This document shows positions 1 through 9,847 of a DNA stretch of 50,764 nt, piece after piece. How positions within the stretch are numbered: position 1 is the stretch's first letter; each line of letters begins with the position of its first letter. The stretch is from a virus (Duplodnaviria; Caudoviricetes): the IMG/VR virus record IMGVR_UViG_3300049982_000125, positions 1 to 50,764 of that record, one strand, 5' to 3'. The position numbers and the translations under genes are program-made. The notes under the pieces are model-generated. The model was given only the letters and a program-made list of their open reading frames with translations. It was not told where the DNA came from and did no database searches.

Positions 1-2268
1 GCGCGTGTAGCGGCGCCCGACCACCTCGACGTTGCTTTCCAGGAAGTCCTCGACGAGGTGGTCCGGGATGTTGAACGTGCGCTCCTTCAGCGGACCGCGC
101 GCCTTGATCTTGAGGAACTCGGGCCGGACCGTGTCGACGGTCTTGCCGGTCAGGGTGCTGAACACCTCGTCGGCGATCTCCCGGCCCAGTTCGTCCGGAT
201 TGCCGATGAACGCCGCCTCGCGCTCGATGCGGGCCTGCGTCTCGCGCTCCAGCAGCTTCGCCTTGAGCGTCTCGATCTTGCGATCAGCCTCGGCGTCCAG
301 CGCTTGGTAGACCCGCGACACGACCCCCTTCACCTCTTCGGAGGTGGAAAACCGCGGCCCCTTCGGATCGGTCGCGCCGACCCGGGCCAGATCCCGGTCA
401 AGCTGCTCGACCAGTTCGGTGAGCCGGAACGCATCCCGGTCGCCGTGCCGCAGCACCGCCCGGGCCTTGAAGAAATCATCCTGCAACGCTTCCAGAAAGT
501 CCTCGACCGATGGCCGCTCGGTGTGTTCTGGGAAATATCCTTTCTCCCAGGCATGCCGCGCCATGTCGTCGAGGGTCCAGCCGCCACCGTCGGTCTGGGC
601 GCGCTTGCGCTCCTTCCGGACGAAGCCGGGCCGGGCCTTATTCGTGATGCCGCGGTGCGCCAGCTCGCCGCCGAGGTCCACCAGGCCGCCGGCCTTGTGA
701 ACGAACTGCGTGAGGGTGTCGACGCCCTGCGGCCGCGGCGCGCCGCCCTGGACGATGCGCAGCGCCTGTCGGATGTCGCCTTCGTTGAAATCGCCGGCCT
801 GGATCTCGCCGCCCTGCTCCCGCAGATCGCGCTCCGCGGCCCGGTGCAGCTTGCTCATTTCCAGGTCGTCGATCTCGCGGCGCAAGCTTTCGTGCCGGCG
901 CTCGACGCCGCGATCGAACTGATCGGCCCATTTCGGCAGGCTCTGCCGGACCCAGTCGACCACGACGCCCTTGAACTCGCCCTCGCGCGCGATCAGCCGG
1001 TTCCGGTTCCACATGCGCGAGAAATAGCTGGACGCGGTCTCGACGCTCACGTCCGACGGCAGCAGGCCGGCCTTGACCGCCGCCTCCTTCAGAGGATCGA
1101 ACACCTCGCGGCGCCATTCCTGGGCGACCTTGGCGACGGCCGGATCCGTGTCGCTGTCGCTGCGCCGCATCGCCCGGCCGACCGCGTGTCGGAAATCGTC
1201 GCGACCAAGTTCCCCGCCGGCCTTGCGGTATTCGAGCCAGGAATCATCGGTGACGCGCAGCGCCTTGCCGAGGCCGGCGTTCCACTCTTTCGCGAGCGTT
1301 TCGGCTGAGATGTCGGAGGCGATGCCCTCCATGTTCTTGCGCAGGTAGACGCTGCTCTCGACCATGTTGCCGATCACGTCGCGGGTCGCGGCGCTCGGGC
1401 TGGTCAGCCCCCGCAGTAGCGGGTTCATCTGGGACGTGGCGCCGGCGACCGCCGACGCGGCGCGGCCGGCAATGGTGTTGGCGTCGATCGGCATCGGGCC
1501 GGCAGCCGCGGCACCCGCCGAGGCCGGAGCGGCGGCGCCGGCAAGGTCGTCGCCGATGGCCGGGGCCGTCCCGCCGAGATCCGCGTCCAGCGCGCGCACC
1601 GCGGCGCGCCACTCCGCGCTGCTCATCAGTTTCGCCCCGCCGGCGCCTAGCAGGCCGCCCAGCAGGACCGAAGCCCCGATATTGACCGCACTCTCGCCGG
1701 CGGTCCTGGTCTCCTGGATGCCGTGCAGCGCCGCTTCCTGGGCCGCCGTCGACACGCCAGCCATCAGGCCGGTCTGCGCCGCCGAGCGCCCGATGGAGAT
1801 GCCGCCCTTGACCCCGCGCACCAAGGCACCGCCGGGGATCGCTGTGGGCCAGTCCAGGATGCCGGCCGCCATCTGGGACGGCACGGACTGCCACCATGGT
1901 GCGGCCGCGAGGGTCTTGCGGTCCTCGCGCTCCTGGTAGATCTGCCGCTTGCGGGCCTCGAACGCGCGCGTGCTGTGCACGTCGGCGAAACTCGGCCACT
2001 CCGCTTCGAGATCCGTGCCCTTGATCGCGTCCCACGGCTTGAATCCGGGCTCGCGATAGCCGAGGGCCTCCCGTGCCTCGGAAGAGAAATAGGCCCCGAC
2101 GGTGTTGTCCTGCCGGAATGCCGCCGACATGGTCGCGCCCCAGGACGGGCGATCCGTCGGCGCGTCGCTGCCGTGGTCGACGTCCAGCGCGCCGGGCGTC
2201 ACCGCGAACTGCGACGGGACGCTCAGCGGTGCGTCGAGGCGGGTCGGCTCAAGGTCGATGATCGGCAT
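1..2268 (-). CDS. Large internal virion (ejection) protein, N-terminal part; continues across the window junction into 50764..49343
   Basis: ATG at 2268 overlaps the upstream stop (TGATG). The frame reads MPIIDLEPTRLD... and ends ...EDFLESNVEVVGRRYTR at position 1. It is absent from the ORF track because no stop lies inside the window. It is in frame with the ORF at the other end. Confidence 0.8.
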   Translation of the reverse strand, partial: MPIIDLEPTRLDAPLSVPSQFAVTPGALDVDHGSDAPTDRPSWGATMSAAFRQDNTVGAYFSSEAREALGYREPGFKPWDAIKGTDLEAEWPSFADVHSTRAFEARKRQIYQEREDRKTLAAAPWWQSVPSQMAAGILDWPTAIPGGALVRGVKGGISIGRSAAQTGLMAGVSTAAQEAALHGIQETRTAGESAVNIGASVLLGGLLGAGGAKLMSSAEWRAAVRALDADLGGTAPAIGDDLAGAAAPASAGAAAAGPMPIDANTIAGRAASAVAGATSQMNPLLRGLTSPSAATRDVIGNMVESSVYLRKNMEGIASDISAETLAKEWNAGLGKALRVTDDSWLEYRKAGGELGRDDFRHAVGRAMRRSDSDTDPAVAKVAQEWRREVFDPLKEAAVKAGLLPSDVSVETASSYFSRMWNRNRLIAREGEFKGVVVDWVRQSLPKWADQFDRGVERRHESLRREIDDLEMSKLHRAAERDLREQGGEIQAGDFNEGDIRQALRIVQGGAPRPQGVDTLTQFVHKAGGLVDLGGELAHRGITNKARPGFVRKERKRAQTDGGGWTLDDMARHAWEKGYFPEHTERPSVEDFLEALQDDFFKARAVLRHGDRDAFRLTELVEQLDRDLARVGATDPKGPRFSTSEEVKGVVSRVYQALDAEADRKIETLKAKLLERETQARIEREAAFIGNPDELGREIADEVFSTLTGKTVDTVRPEFLKIKARGPLKERTFNIPDHLVEDFLESNVEVVGRRYTR

Positions 2269-4877
2269 CAGGGCACGTACCAGGGCCGGCGGGTATCGCC
2301 CGCCAATTCCGCATTGAGGTCGGAGATTTCGGCGGCCCGGCCCAGCGCCTTCTCGCGCGCGCCGGAGACCTGCTCCCGCATGCGCTTCGGGTCAGGCTGG
2401 AACGCCTTGCCGGGCGAAAGCATGTGCAGCCGGCCATCCTTGTCGAGCCAGGACAGCGAGTACGGCACCGGCTCGCCGGTCGGGTAGGCGCGCGCGGTCT
2501 GGCCGCCGGGTGTCGGCCCGATGATCAGCTTGTTGCGGGGCACGTCCTGCCCGGCCGCCGCCTTGATGTCGGCGATTGCCTGCTCGGCGATGCGGTCGGA
2601 GGCGTCCGGGATCGCCGCATAGGCCGGCGCCCGCTCGGGCGGGAAGCGCATCAGCACGCCGCCGGTCGAGCCGGTGACATAGGTCACGCCCCACACCTTC
2701 TTCATCTGCGACTGCGCCAGCGTCTTGGCCAGCTTCAGGTCGCCGGTTTCGAGATAGCGTTCCTTCACCAGTTCGGCATAGTCGGCCTGCGCAACCTGCC
2801 GGGCCTCCGGCGTGAACTCGGCGGCGGGTCGCCCGAACAGCGGCAGACCCTCATTGAATGCGGATTTCAGGTCGGCCGCCAGGTTGCCGGCCTGCGCCTC
2901 CTTGGCCAGGATCATGTCGACGTCCTCGGCCTTGATCCGGCGCTTGAGGTCGGCCTGGTATTCGGGCGACTGCTCCTTGACGAATTTCGCGGCGGCCTGT
3001 TCGGCCGACATGCCGTAGTGCTCGACGTTGTGGCGGAAGGCGACGGCGGCATCCTCGATGTCCGTGCGGCCATCCACGCCGGCGAGGACGTTCGGGTTCT
3101 TGGCCAGAAGGTTCGCGCTGAGCTGCAGCGCGCTGGCGACCCGGCCGGCGTCATTTGACACCAGCGAGGCCCTCAGATCGCGCGCGGCCGTGGTCGGCAC
3201 CATGCCCGTTCGGTCCACCACGGCCTGCAGGGCGGTCATGTTGCCGCCGAGCGCCGCATAGACCTTGTCGACCACCTTCTTCTCGCCCTGGTCGAACGGG
3301 TTGAACGCGCCGCCCTCGGGGTCCTGGAACTTGGCGATCGCCGCCTGCAGCTTCACAACGTCGTCGGCCGCGGAATCGTACTGCCGCAGGAGCGCGTTGC
3401 GGCGCGGCTCCGACAGGTCCGGATTGCTCTCGATATCGGCGCGCGCCGGGAGCGGCGCCTTGCCGGCCGACGCGTCGAGCACCTGGCGTTCGAACTGCTC
3501 GCTCGTGGCGATGTCTCGCTGGCTGCGGTCCTGGACCTTCGCGGTCTCGATCTGGCCGCGCCAGTACAGCGCACGCTCCGGGTTGGCCATCTCGGGCTTG
3601 CCGGCAGACTGGGCGCCCATCCGGGCATAGTCCATGACGGACGTCCCGTTGGCGTCCCGCGGCGCGTCGGCGCCGTTGCTGGCCAGCGCCCGCTTGGCGC
3701 CGCCGACGCCGCCCAGATGCAGCATCGCCTGCAGGCCATCGCGGGTGATGGTCACCCCGCCGACGTCCTGGCCGATGAACTTGTCGAGCCCGTTGGCGGC
3801 GATCTCCTGGTCCATCCGGCTGACGTGCAGCCGATAGGCGGTCCGCTGCGCCTCCGGGCTCGCCCGGAAATCGGCCAGGGTCTTCACCTCCGGATGGCCC
3901 GGAATGTTGAAGGCTCCGCCCCATTTGCCGGGCGCCGCCTGCGGTGTCGTCGACCAGCTTTTCAGGTTCTCGCCGGCGCCGGGCGTATAGACGCCCAGAT
4001 CGGCCAGCCGCGGCGCGCCGAACTGGTAGAGCCCGACGAACCCGAACGGATTGACCTTGGTCGGATTGCCGCCGGATTCGCGCTTGGTCAGCGCGCCTTC
4101 AAAGCCGCCGGCCCCGCCCTTTTCCGGAACGCTGCCGTAGAATTTCTTGGCGACCGCGTCGGCCTCATCCAGCCGGCCGGCGCTCTTGAGCCCGGCGATC
4201 GCCGAATCGACGATCTTCCGGCGCTTCTCGTCGCGGACCTGGGCAAAAGCCTCCGGCCCGAACAGTCCCTCCTTGCCGGCTAGCACCTCGTCGGCCCGCT
4301 TCAGCGCGCCGTCGACATCGCCGGTCCCGAGCGCCTCGGAGGCGACGGCGTCCAGGTTCTTGCCCGTCTGGTCGGCCAGGGCGCGGATCCGCTCGTTGTG
4401 CTCGATCGTGACGCCGGAGACCATCGCGGTTTCCCGCAGGTTCATCGCCCGGCTCTGGATCGCCCGCTGTGCCTTCTCGGATGGCGCCCAGCCCTGTCCG
4501 CGCAGGGTCGTCATGCTCTCCTGCTCGGCGCGGCTCAGCCGCTCGCCGAGCTTGGCGGTGAAGCCCTCGCCGCCGGCCGGCATCTCCTGCCGGGCCGCCA
4601 GCAGCTCGCGCTGCAGGCGCGGCTTGTGCTCCAGTTCCCACGTATCGACGGCGACCTGATCCTCGGCCGCCTGCCGCTCGCGGTGGAGCTTCTCGCCGAT
4701 GGCGCCTAGGGCCTTGCCGAAATCCTCCACGGCACCGCCGACGGCAGCACCGCCGCTCGCCACGGCGTCGCCGACCTGCGCCCCGAAGTCGGCGCCGGTG
4801 GCCCGGCGGGTGCCGGGGTCGCGGGCGACGGCGACCGGGGCAATGCTCTCGGGGCCAGGGATACGAACGGGCGCCAT
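2268..4877 (-). CDS. Internal virion protein with lytic transglycosylase/lysozyme-like domain
   Basis: ~870 aa, Ala-rich and helical. Motif ALTKRESGGNP...GLYQFG is SLT/lysozyme-like. Lies among the ejection genes; TAATG overlap at the start. Confidence 0.75.
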   Translation of the reverse strand: MAPVRIPGPESIAPVAVARDPGTRRATGADFGAQVGDAVASGGAAVGGAVEDFGKALGAIGEKLHRERQAAEDQVAVDTWELEHKPRLQRELLAARQEMPAGGEGFTAKLGERLSRAEQESMTTLRGQGWAPSEKAQRAIQSRAMNLRETAMVSGVTIEHNERIRALADQTGKNLDAVASEALGTGDVDGALKRADEVLAGKEGLFGPEAFAQVRDEKRRKIVDSAIAGLKSAGRLDEADAVAKKFYGSVPEKGGAGGFEGALTKRESGGNPTKVNPFGFVGLYQFGAPRLADLGVYTPGAGENLKSWSTTPQAAPGKWGGAFNIPGHPEVKTLADFRASPEAQRTAYRLHVSRMDQEIAANGLDKFIGQDVGGVTITRDGLQAMLHLGGVGGAKRALASNGADAPRDANGTSVMDYARMGAQSAGKPEMANPERALYWRGQIETAKVQDRSQRDIATSEQFERQVLDASAGKAPLPARADIESNPDLSEPRRNALLRQYDSAADDVVKLQAAIAKFQDPEGGAFNPFDQGEKKVVDKVYAALGGNMTALQAVVDRTGMVPTTAARDLRASLVSNDAGRVASALQLSANLLAKNPNVLAGVDGRTDIEDAAVAFRHNVEHYGMSAEQAAAKFVKEQSPEYQADLKRRIKAEDVDMILAKEAQAGNLAADLKSAFNEGLPLFGRPAAEFTPEARQVAQADYAELVKERYLETGDLKLAKTLAQSQMKKVWGVTYVTGSTGGVLMRFPPERAPAYAAIPDASDRIAEQAIADIKAAAGQDVPRNKLIIGPTPGGQTARAYPTGEPVPYSLSWLDKDGRLHMLSPGKAFQPDPKRMREQVSGAREKALGRAAEISDLNAELAGDTRRPWYVP

Positions 4878-5392
4878 TATTGACCCCACCCAGCCATTTG
4901 GGCGCCGCCGCGCAGGATGGTCGTGCCGGCCTTGAGGTAGCTGGCCGTCTTGGCCGAGGACGCGGCGTGGCTCGCCGCCTCCATCGCGTACCGGCCGCGC
5001 TCGCGCGACAGGATCGCGTCATCCTCCATGCGCCGGGCCCGGCCCTCGCCGGCATGCATCAGCCGGGAAGCGCCCAGCGCGACCTCGGCGACGGTCGCCT
5101 CGTCCACCAGGAGCGGCGAACCGGTCGACCCGATCACCCCGGTGGCGCCGCGCGCCGCGCGCCCCGCCGATACGCCGCGCATCTCGCGGCGGAAGAAATC
5201 GCTCGACTCGGCGCCGGCCGCGTCACGCTCGGATGCAGCCTGTATCTCGGACGACCTGGCATTGTATTCGGCCGACTGCTGCTCGGCCCGGCCCTTCATC
5301 ATGGCGCCGTCGGCCGCCGCCTTGCCCTCTTGCAGCGCGCCGAACGCCTGCAGCGCCGTGGAGCCGGCCATCAATGCAACGGGAAGTGCCAT
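4877..5392 (-). CDS. Small internal virion protein (T7 gp14-like position)
   Basis: 171 aa, Ala/Gly-rich with a hydrophobic N-terminus; synteny after tail tube B and the GNAT-like gene. Confidence 0.65.
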   Translation of the reverse strand: MALPVALMAGSTALQAFGALQEGKAAADGAMMKGRAEQQSAEYNARSSEIQAASERDAAGAESSDFFRREMRGVSAGRAARGATGVIGSTGSPLLVDEATVAEVALGASRLMHAGEGRARRMEDDAILSRERGRYAMEAASHAASSAKTASYLKAGTTILRGGAQMAGWGQ

Positions 5393-5829
5393 TAGTTCGC
5401 TTTCCGGTAGACGAAACGCTGATAGGTGGACCCGTCCGGTGTGGCAACGCGCTCGCCGGCGATCGGCGTAAAGCCGGCCAGGCGCAGGAAGCGCGCCGAC
5501 GACGGCAGGCCGTCAGAGACGTGCGCTTCGATCCAGGCGAAGGGCGCGGCGTCCAGCATGCCCCGGTAGGCGCCGAGCACCGCCATGACCCGGGAGGCCG
5601 GCACCCGGCCGAACACGCCCCATGTGACCGCGGCGCCAGCCCCGCAATCAACGAACCCGCCGGCGACCACCGGCGCGCCGTCGACCTCGAGCGTGCGGGC
5701 GTGCGGATCGTCGCACAGAACGGAGATGTCGACCGAGTCGTCGAGGAACGGCCGCGCCGCGAGTTCAGCCGCCTGGGCCCCTATGGCGGCCATGTCGGCC
5801 CGGCACAGCGGGCGCAGGACAATGCCCAT
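5392..5829 (-). CDS. GNAT-fold/acetyltransferase-like virion assembly protein (T7 gp13-like position)
   Basis: ATG at 5829 is coupled to the upstream stop. MGIVLRPL...SARFLRLAGF resembles a GNAT C-terminal motif; synteny. Confidence 0.6.
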   Translation of the reverse strand: MGIVLRPLCRADMAAIGAQAAELAARPFLDDSVDISVLCDDPHARTLEVDGAPVVAGGFVDCGAGAAVTWGVFGRVPASRVMAVLGAYRGMLDAAPFAWIEAHVSDGLPSSARFLRLAGFTPIAGERVATPDGSTYQRFVYRKAN

Positions 5830-8756
5830 CAGCGCGACCGGGTGTCGACGCGAGGCGTGATGCCTAGAAGGGTCCACGGCAGGCCGGCATTGCCCCGCAT
5901 CCAGACGCGCGGGTCGGTGTCGAAGCCGCCGTCGGAGGAATGTTCGACCTCCCCGGTGAACAGCGGCGCCGCGGTGCCCATGGCGTGATCGCCGCGGCGG
6001 AACGGAACTGGGTTGAAACTCAGGTTGCCGTCCTTGGACAGCTCCACCCCATATTCGAACGGCGCCGAGTCGAGCACCACGAAGACCAGCCCGTTGACCG
6101 TCTTGGTCAGACCGACGCTCGAGCCGGAGGGCGATCCGTAGGGCAGCTTCAGGCTCTTGTACGCCCATTCGTAATCGAGGCCGACATGGACCAGCGCGGC
6201 GGCGGTGCGTAGCGTGATCTGCCCGGACGCCACGGTGGCGCTCTGCTGCAGGGCGCCGTCGGCCACGACCATCACGGTCTCGCCTTCCAGGTGCGATAGG
6301 CCGGTGATCGTGGTGGTCGCCGCGCCGTCGTATGTCGCGGCGCAGTCGAGATAGACCGCATCCTTTTGGGCGGCGACCTGGGCGGCCTCCCATGCGGCGC
6401 GGCTCTGGTAAGCGCCGCGGTTTGGTCCCTCGTAATAGCCCTCCATCACCTCGATGTAGCGCTTGGTCGCGCCCCCGATGGTGCGGCGGACGATCAGCCA
6501 GAGTTCGTCCCGGTCCTCACTGGAATAGACCTGCCCGGATCCGGAGCCGCCCGGAATGACGGCGATCGACTCGACCACCGCGGTGCTAGCCGCGCTGCCA
6601 GCAATCTCCACCGGCGTCCAGCCGATGACGTTCTGGGCGCGCTTGTAGGTCATGACGGCCAACTTTCCGTCTTCCAGCCGGGCCCAGACCTGCGAAAATG
6701 GCTCTTCCTGGTAGACGATCTGGGCGATGCCGCCGCGCGCGATGTGCTGGGACAGGATCGTGGTGTCGCTGGCCTGGAACCCGTCGATCTCGAACGAGAA
6801 GCCGATGTCGTAGAGGGAGCGCCGCGATCGATGCGCGAACAGCCCGACGCTGTCGATCTGAATCGGCGCGATGTCGAGCCCCTTCACGCTCGTCTGCGGC
6901 TCTGCCGCGAAGTCCGACGGCGTCAGGACGGAGCCGCGTGACGCCACGGCCCATTGCCCCGTCGAGGTGCCGACCACCAGCCGCCGGGCGCCGATCAGCC
7001 ACAGGATCGGAGAGACCCGGGTGGCCGCCAAGGTGAAGTCCAGGGCGTCGTCATCCTCGACCGTGGTGGCGCCCTCGACCCAGGAATCGGGGCGCATGTG
7101 CTCGAAATCGGCGGTCTGCGAGCCCCACAACGTCTGCGGCTGGCTATCGGTGCGCGCGGCCAGCAGGCGCTGCTGGTGGAACGTCGCGGTGCGCGGCCAG
7201 CCCGTCGTGTCGGACCATGCGCCGAGCCGCCATGTTTCGGTCGGCGAGACCGAGGCAATCTTACGATGCACCCATGCCGTGACGTGCTGCGCGTCGGTGT
7301 ATGCGGTGATGACCGCCCAGCCCGGCTCACGGCCGGCATGCTCGATGCGGATCAGCCTGCCGATGTCGGTCGCGGCGAACGGCCGGAACTCGTCCAGCGC
7401 CGTAATGGTCACCGATCCGGTTGCGCCGCTGGCCTGCAGCATGCGCGCGCGGGTGTTGTAGACAAACACCCCGCCGACGCCGCCGGCGATCGCGTCGTCC
7501 TGGTCGGCCGAGAAGGTCAGGTGGAAGGGCGAAACGCCGGGCGTAAAGCTGATCGTGTACCAGCCGGCCACGTAATTGGTCGTCCCGGATATCTCGCCGC
7601 CGCCCGCCGTGGAGCCGACGCTGACGGACACTTGCCCGCCACCGACGGTCTGGAAATGCATGACATGCAGCTTGGTCGGCGCTCCGGTCGTGACGGACTG
7701 GCGGATCGCCGCCGAACCCGCCGTGTCGTGCCGGCGCAGCAACACCACTCCGCTGGGCGAGTCGTAATCCACATAGCCCGAGGTCGTCCCGACCTGGGTC
7801 CATCCGGCCAAGCCGCCGTCGAAGCTGCCGTTGGTGTCCAGGCGCTGTGCGGCCAGGTCGGTGTCCGGATTGACGCCGAGCCACGGGCCGTCCTGCCAGA
7901 ACACCTTGGCGAGAGACCAGGACGTGTCGCCGCGTCGATCCAGTCGGTACGGCGCATAGCTGCCGTGGAACAGGTAGAGCACGTCGGCCGATTGCGTGAC
8001 CCTGACCGTGCCGACATCCGCGGCCGCATAGGGTGAGGTCAGCTCGATCGGGACGTCCGACAGCACCGAGATGTTGTCGACATAGACCGTGTCGGCCTGC
8101 TCGTTGAGGAATTGCAGGTACACGGTGCCGGTGCCCGGCGCGAACGTGATGGTGTGCCAGCCCATTTCGAGGCCGGCCGAGCGCAGCAGACTATAGCCGA
8201 GCGTGGCCGTGCCGACCTGGGCCGTGACCTTGCTGCCGGGGTTGCCGACGAGCTCGAACCTGACGACATGGGCGGTCGCCTGGTCACCCGACGCGACGGT
8301 GAGCGCCTGTTCGGCCCAGCCGAATCCGTTGGCCGCCCCGGTGAGCGCCATCCGGCCCGAGGAGTGCCATGCGATGGATCCGCCGCCGGTCGAGCGGTTC
8401 GTCCAGCCCGTGATGTTGGCGCCGAAGGCCCCGTTCGTGATCGCGGTTGTGGTGGCCGGCGCCGAGATCCAACCTTGGTTGCGGAGGAACCGGAAATACA
8501 GGTCGCCGGCCTCGATCATATAGGCTTGGTCGGAAACCGGATCGAACGGGATCAGCGCCGACTCGGAGGACGAGGCCTTGGCCTCTTTCACGAAGCGCGT
8601 GCCCGGGCGGAGCGTCACCCCACCCTGCGGCAGGCAGATCAGATTGAGGCCGCGCGCGATCGCCGCGGGGTACTTTTCGAAGTCGACGCGGGCGTCCATC
8701 TTGGGCGAGAACTCACCCGCATTGGAGGCGCTGAGAAACGGCGTTGCTTTGCTCAA
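5829..8756 (-). CDS. Tail tubular protein B / nozzle (T7 gp12-like) with two inserted carbohydrate-binding-like domains
   Basis: N-terminus NAGEFSPKMDARVDFEKY...NLICLPQGGVTLRPGT; also WPRTATFHQQRL and GLSHLEGETV, typical of the family. Confidence 0.85.
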   Translation of the reverse strand: MSKATPFLSASNAGEFSPKMDARVDFEKYPAAIARGLNLICLPQGGVTLRPGTRFVKEAKASSSESALIPFDPVSDQAYMIEAGDLYFRFLRNQGWISAPATTTAITNGAFGANITGWTNRSTGGGSIAWHSSGRMALTGAANGFGWAEQALTVASGDQATAHVVRFELVGNPGSKVTAQVGTATLGYSLLRSAGLEMGWHTITFAPGTGTVYLQFLNEQADTVYVDNISVLSDVPIELTSPYAAADVGTVRVTQSADVLYLFHGSYAPYRLDRRGDTSWSLAKVFWQDGPWLGVNPDTDLAAQRLDTNGSFDGGLAGWTQVGTTSGYVDYDSPSGVVLLRRHDTAGSAAIRQSVTTGAPTKLHVMHFQTVGGGQVSVSVGSTAGGGEISGTTNYVAGWYTISFTPGVSPFHLTFSADQDDAIAGGVGGVFVYNTRARMLQASGATGSVTITALDEFRPFAATDIGRLIRIEHAGREPGWAVITAYTDAQHVTAWVHRKIASVSPTETWRLGAWSDTTGWPRTATFHQQRLLAARTDSQPQTLWGSQTADFEHMRPDSWVEGATTVEDDDALDFTLAATRVSPILWLIGARRLVVGTSTGQWAVASRGSVLTPSDFAAEPQTSVKGLDIAPIQIDSVGLFAHRSRRSLYDIGFSFEIDGFQASDTTILSQHIARGGIAQIVYQEEPFSQVWARLEDGKLAVMTYKRAQNVIGWTPVEIAGSAASTAVVESIAVIPGGSGSGQVYSSEDRDELWLIVRRTIGGATKRYIEVMEGYYEGPNRGAYQSRAAWEAAQVAAQKDAVYLDCAATYDGAATTTITGLSHLEGETVMVVADGALQQSATVASGQITLRTAAALVHVGLDYEWAYKSLKLPYGSPSGSSVGLTKTVNGLVFVVLDSAPFEYGVELSKDGNLSFNPVPFRRGDHAMGTAAPLFTGEVEHSSDGGFDTDPRVWMRGNAGLPWTLLGITPRVDTRSR

Positions 8757-9388
8757 GACCAGCGGCTCCGTCCCGACGACCAGCCGTAGGCCCGGCGCGA
8801 CGTGGCCCAGGACCCCTCCGGAAGCCGGTCCGGGAAGTCCTCGATGCCGTCGATCGACGCGGCTTGGCGCATTGCGTCCCGCATGTCCTCTTTCAACCGG
8901 TCTCGAAGCGAGCTGCTGTTGGCGATACCGGTTGCGAAGATCATGGCCAGCCGCAGGATCAGGACCTGGCGGAACGTCGTCGTCATCAGGCTGGGGTTGG
9001 TGACCTGCCGCACGTATCGCAGGTAGCAGGCGGTCGCGTTGGTGAGGACCGCGTTGACGTATCCGTCATCGCCCTGGTCCAGGCCCTCGATCTTGTATTC
9101 GAGGTCGCCGCCGCCGGCGTCGCTGTCATGGACGGAGACGACGCGCAGGCAGTCGGGCGGGATCGTATAGGCGCAGGAGAATTCGAACGCCGGCGCGGTG
9201 GCGAGTTGCGCCAGCCGGGCGCGCGTCATCGCGAAGTTCCAGGGGTGGCGGCGCAAGAGGTCGTCGCGCGCCTGCGCGAGCACGTCGCGCGCAACGCCGG
9301 CCGATGCCACTGCATCCTCAATCGACGTGATGCGGCGGTCGCCGACCTCGCGCAGGGCGGCGTTAACGATTTCGGTGTCTGACGAGAT
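8753..9388 (-). CDS. Tail tubular protein A / adaptor (T7 gp11-like); probable non-canonical ATC/ATA start
   Basis: Motifs LRRHPWNFA and YTIPPDCLRV. The family-like N-terminus SDTEIVNAALREVGDRRITSIED lies upstream of the annotated GTG at 9310. SD GGAGG precedes ATA/ATC. Confidence 0.8.
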   Translation of the reverse strand: MSSDTEIVNAALREVGDRRITSIEDAVASAGVARDVLAQARDDLLRRHPWNFAMTRARLAQLATAPAFEFSCAYTIPPDCLRVVSVHDSDAGGGDLEYKIEGLDQGDDGYVNAVLTNATACYLRYVRQVTNPSLMTTTFRQVLILRLAMIFATGIANSSSLRDRLKEDMRDAMRQAASIDGIEDFPDRLPEGSWATSRRAYGWSSGRSRWS

Positions 9389-9418
9389 TATCGCCTCCCC
9401 TCAAGTGCCAGCGGGCGA

Positions 9419-9784
9419 TTAGCCCCGCTTCCCCTTGCCCTGCCCTGCGGCCTCGACGGGCTCGGCAGGCTCATCCGGTCCCGGAACGGCGACGATGTCG
9501 CCCACCAGCACCAGCGGCACGGCCTGGGCGCCCGGGCTGGACGCCACTACCCGCACGGTCGCGAACTCGAGCAGCCGCGCGTCGCGCCGATGGCCTTCGG
9601 CCCGGTCGAACCGACACAGCGTGATGGAGTCGCCGGCGTAGAGCTGCGAGCGCAGCGGCATGAAAAACTGGTCGTGGATCACGTCCTTGAGCGCAAACGC
9701 GGTCCGATGCTGATAGGTCTGACAAAACGGCATGGCATCGCCCATGCACAGATCCTGCGGGCGGGCGCGAAGTTCGTTGCTCAT
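9419..9784 (-). CDS. Hypothetical protein (virion module)
   Basis: 121-aa ORF with SD (GAGG), co-oriented in the late operon. Confidence 0.6.
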   Translation of the reverse strand: MSNELRARPQDLCMGDAMPFCQTYQHRTAFALKDVIHDQFFMPLRSQLYAGDSITLCRFDRAEGHRRDARLLEFATVRVVASSPGAQAVPLVLVGDIVAVPGPDEPAEPVEAAGQGKGKRG

Positions 9785-9811
9785 GTGGCCTCAAAGCTGG
9801 AGAAGGGATGA

Positions 9812-9829
9812 CGGGGGCCGGAGCCCCCG
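9812..9829 (-). terminator. GC-rich hairpin (weak terminator or stability hairpin)
   Basis: CGGGGGC-CGGA-GCCCCCG; poor U-tract. Confidence 0.4.
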
Positions 9830-9847
9830 CCGGTTGTCGTCCGACCG

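Noticed and set aside
58-1308. 416-aa plus-strand ORF and many similar long antisense ORFs (e.g. 13744..15240, 16836..18992, 21614..23008)
   Set aside because: Shadow frames of real minus-strand genes in GC-rich DNA; no motifs recognised
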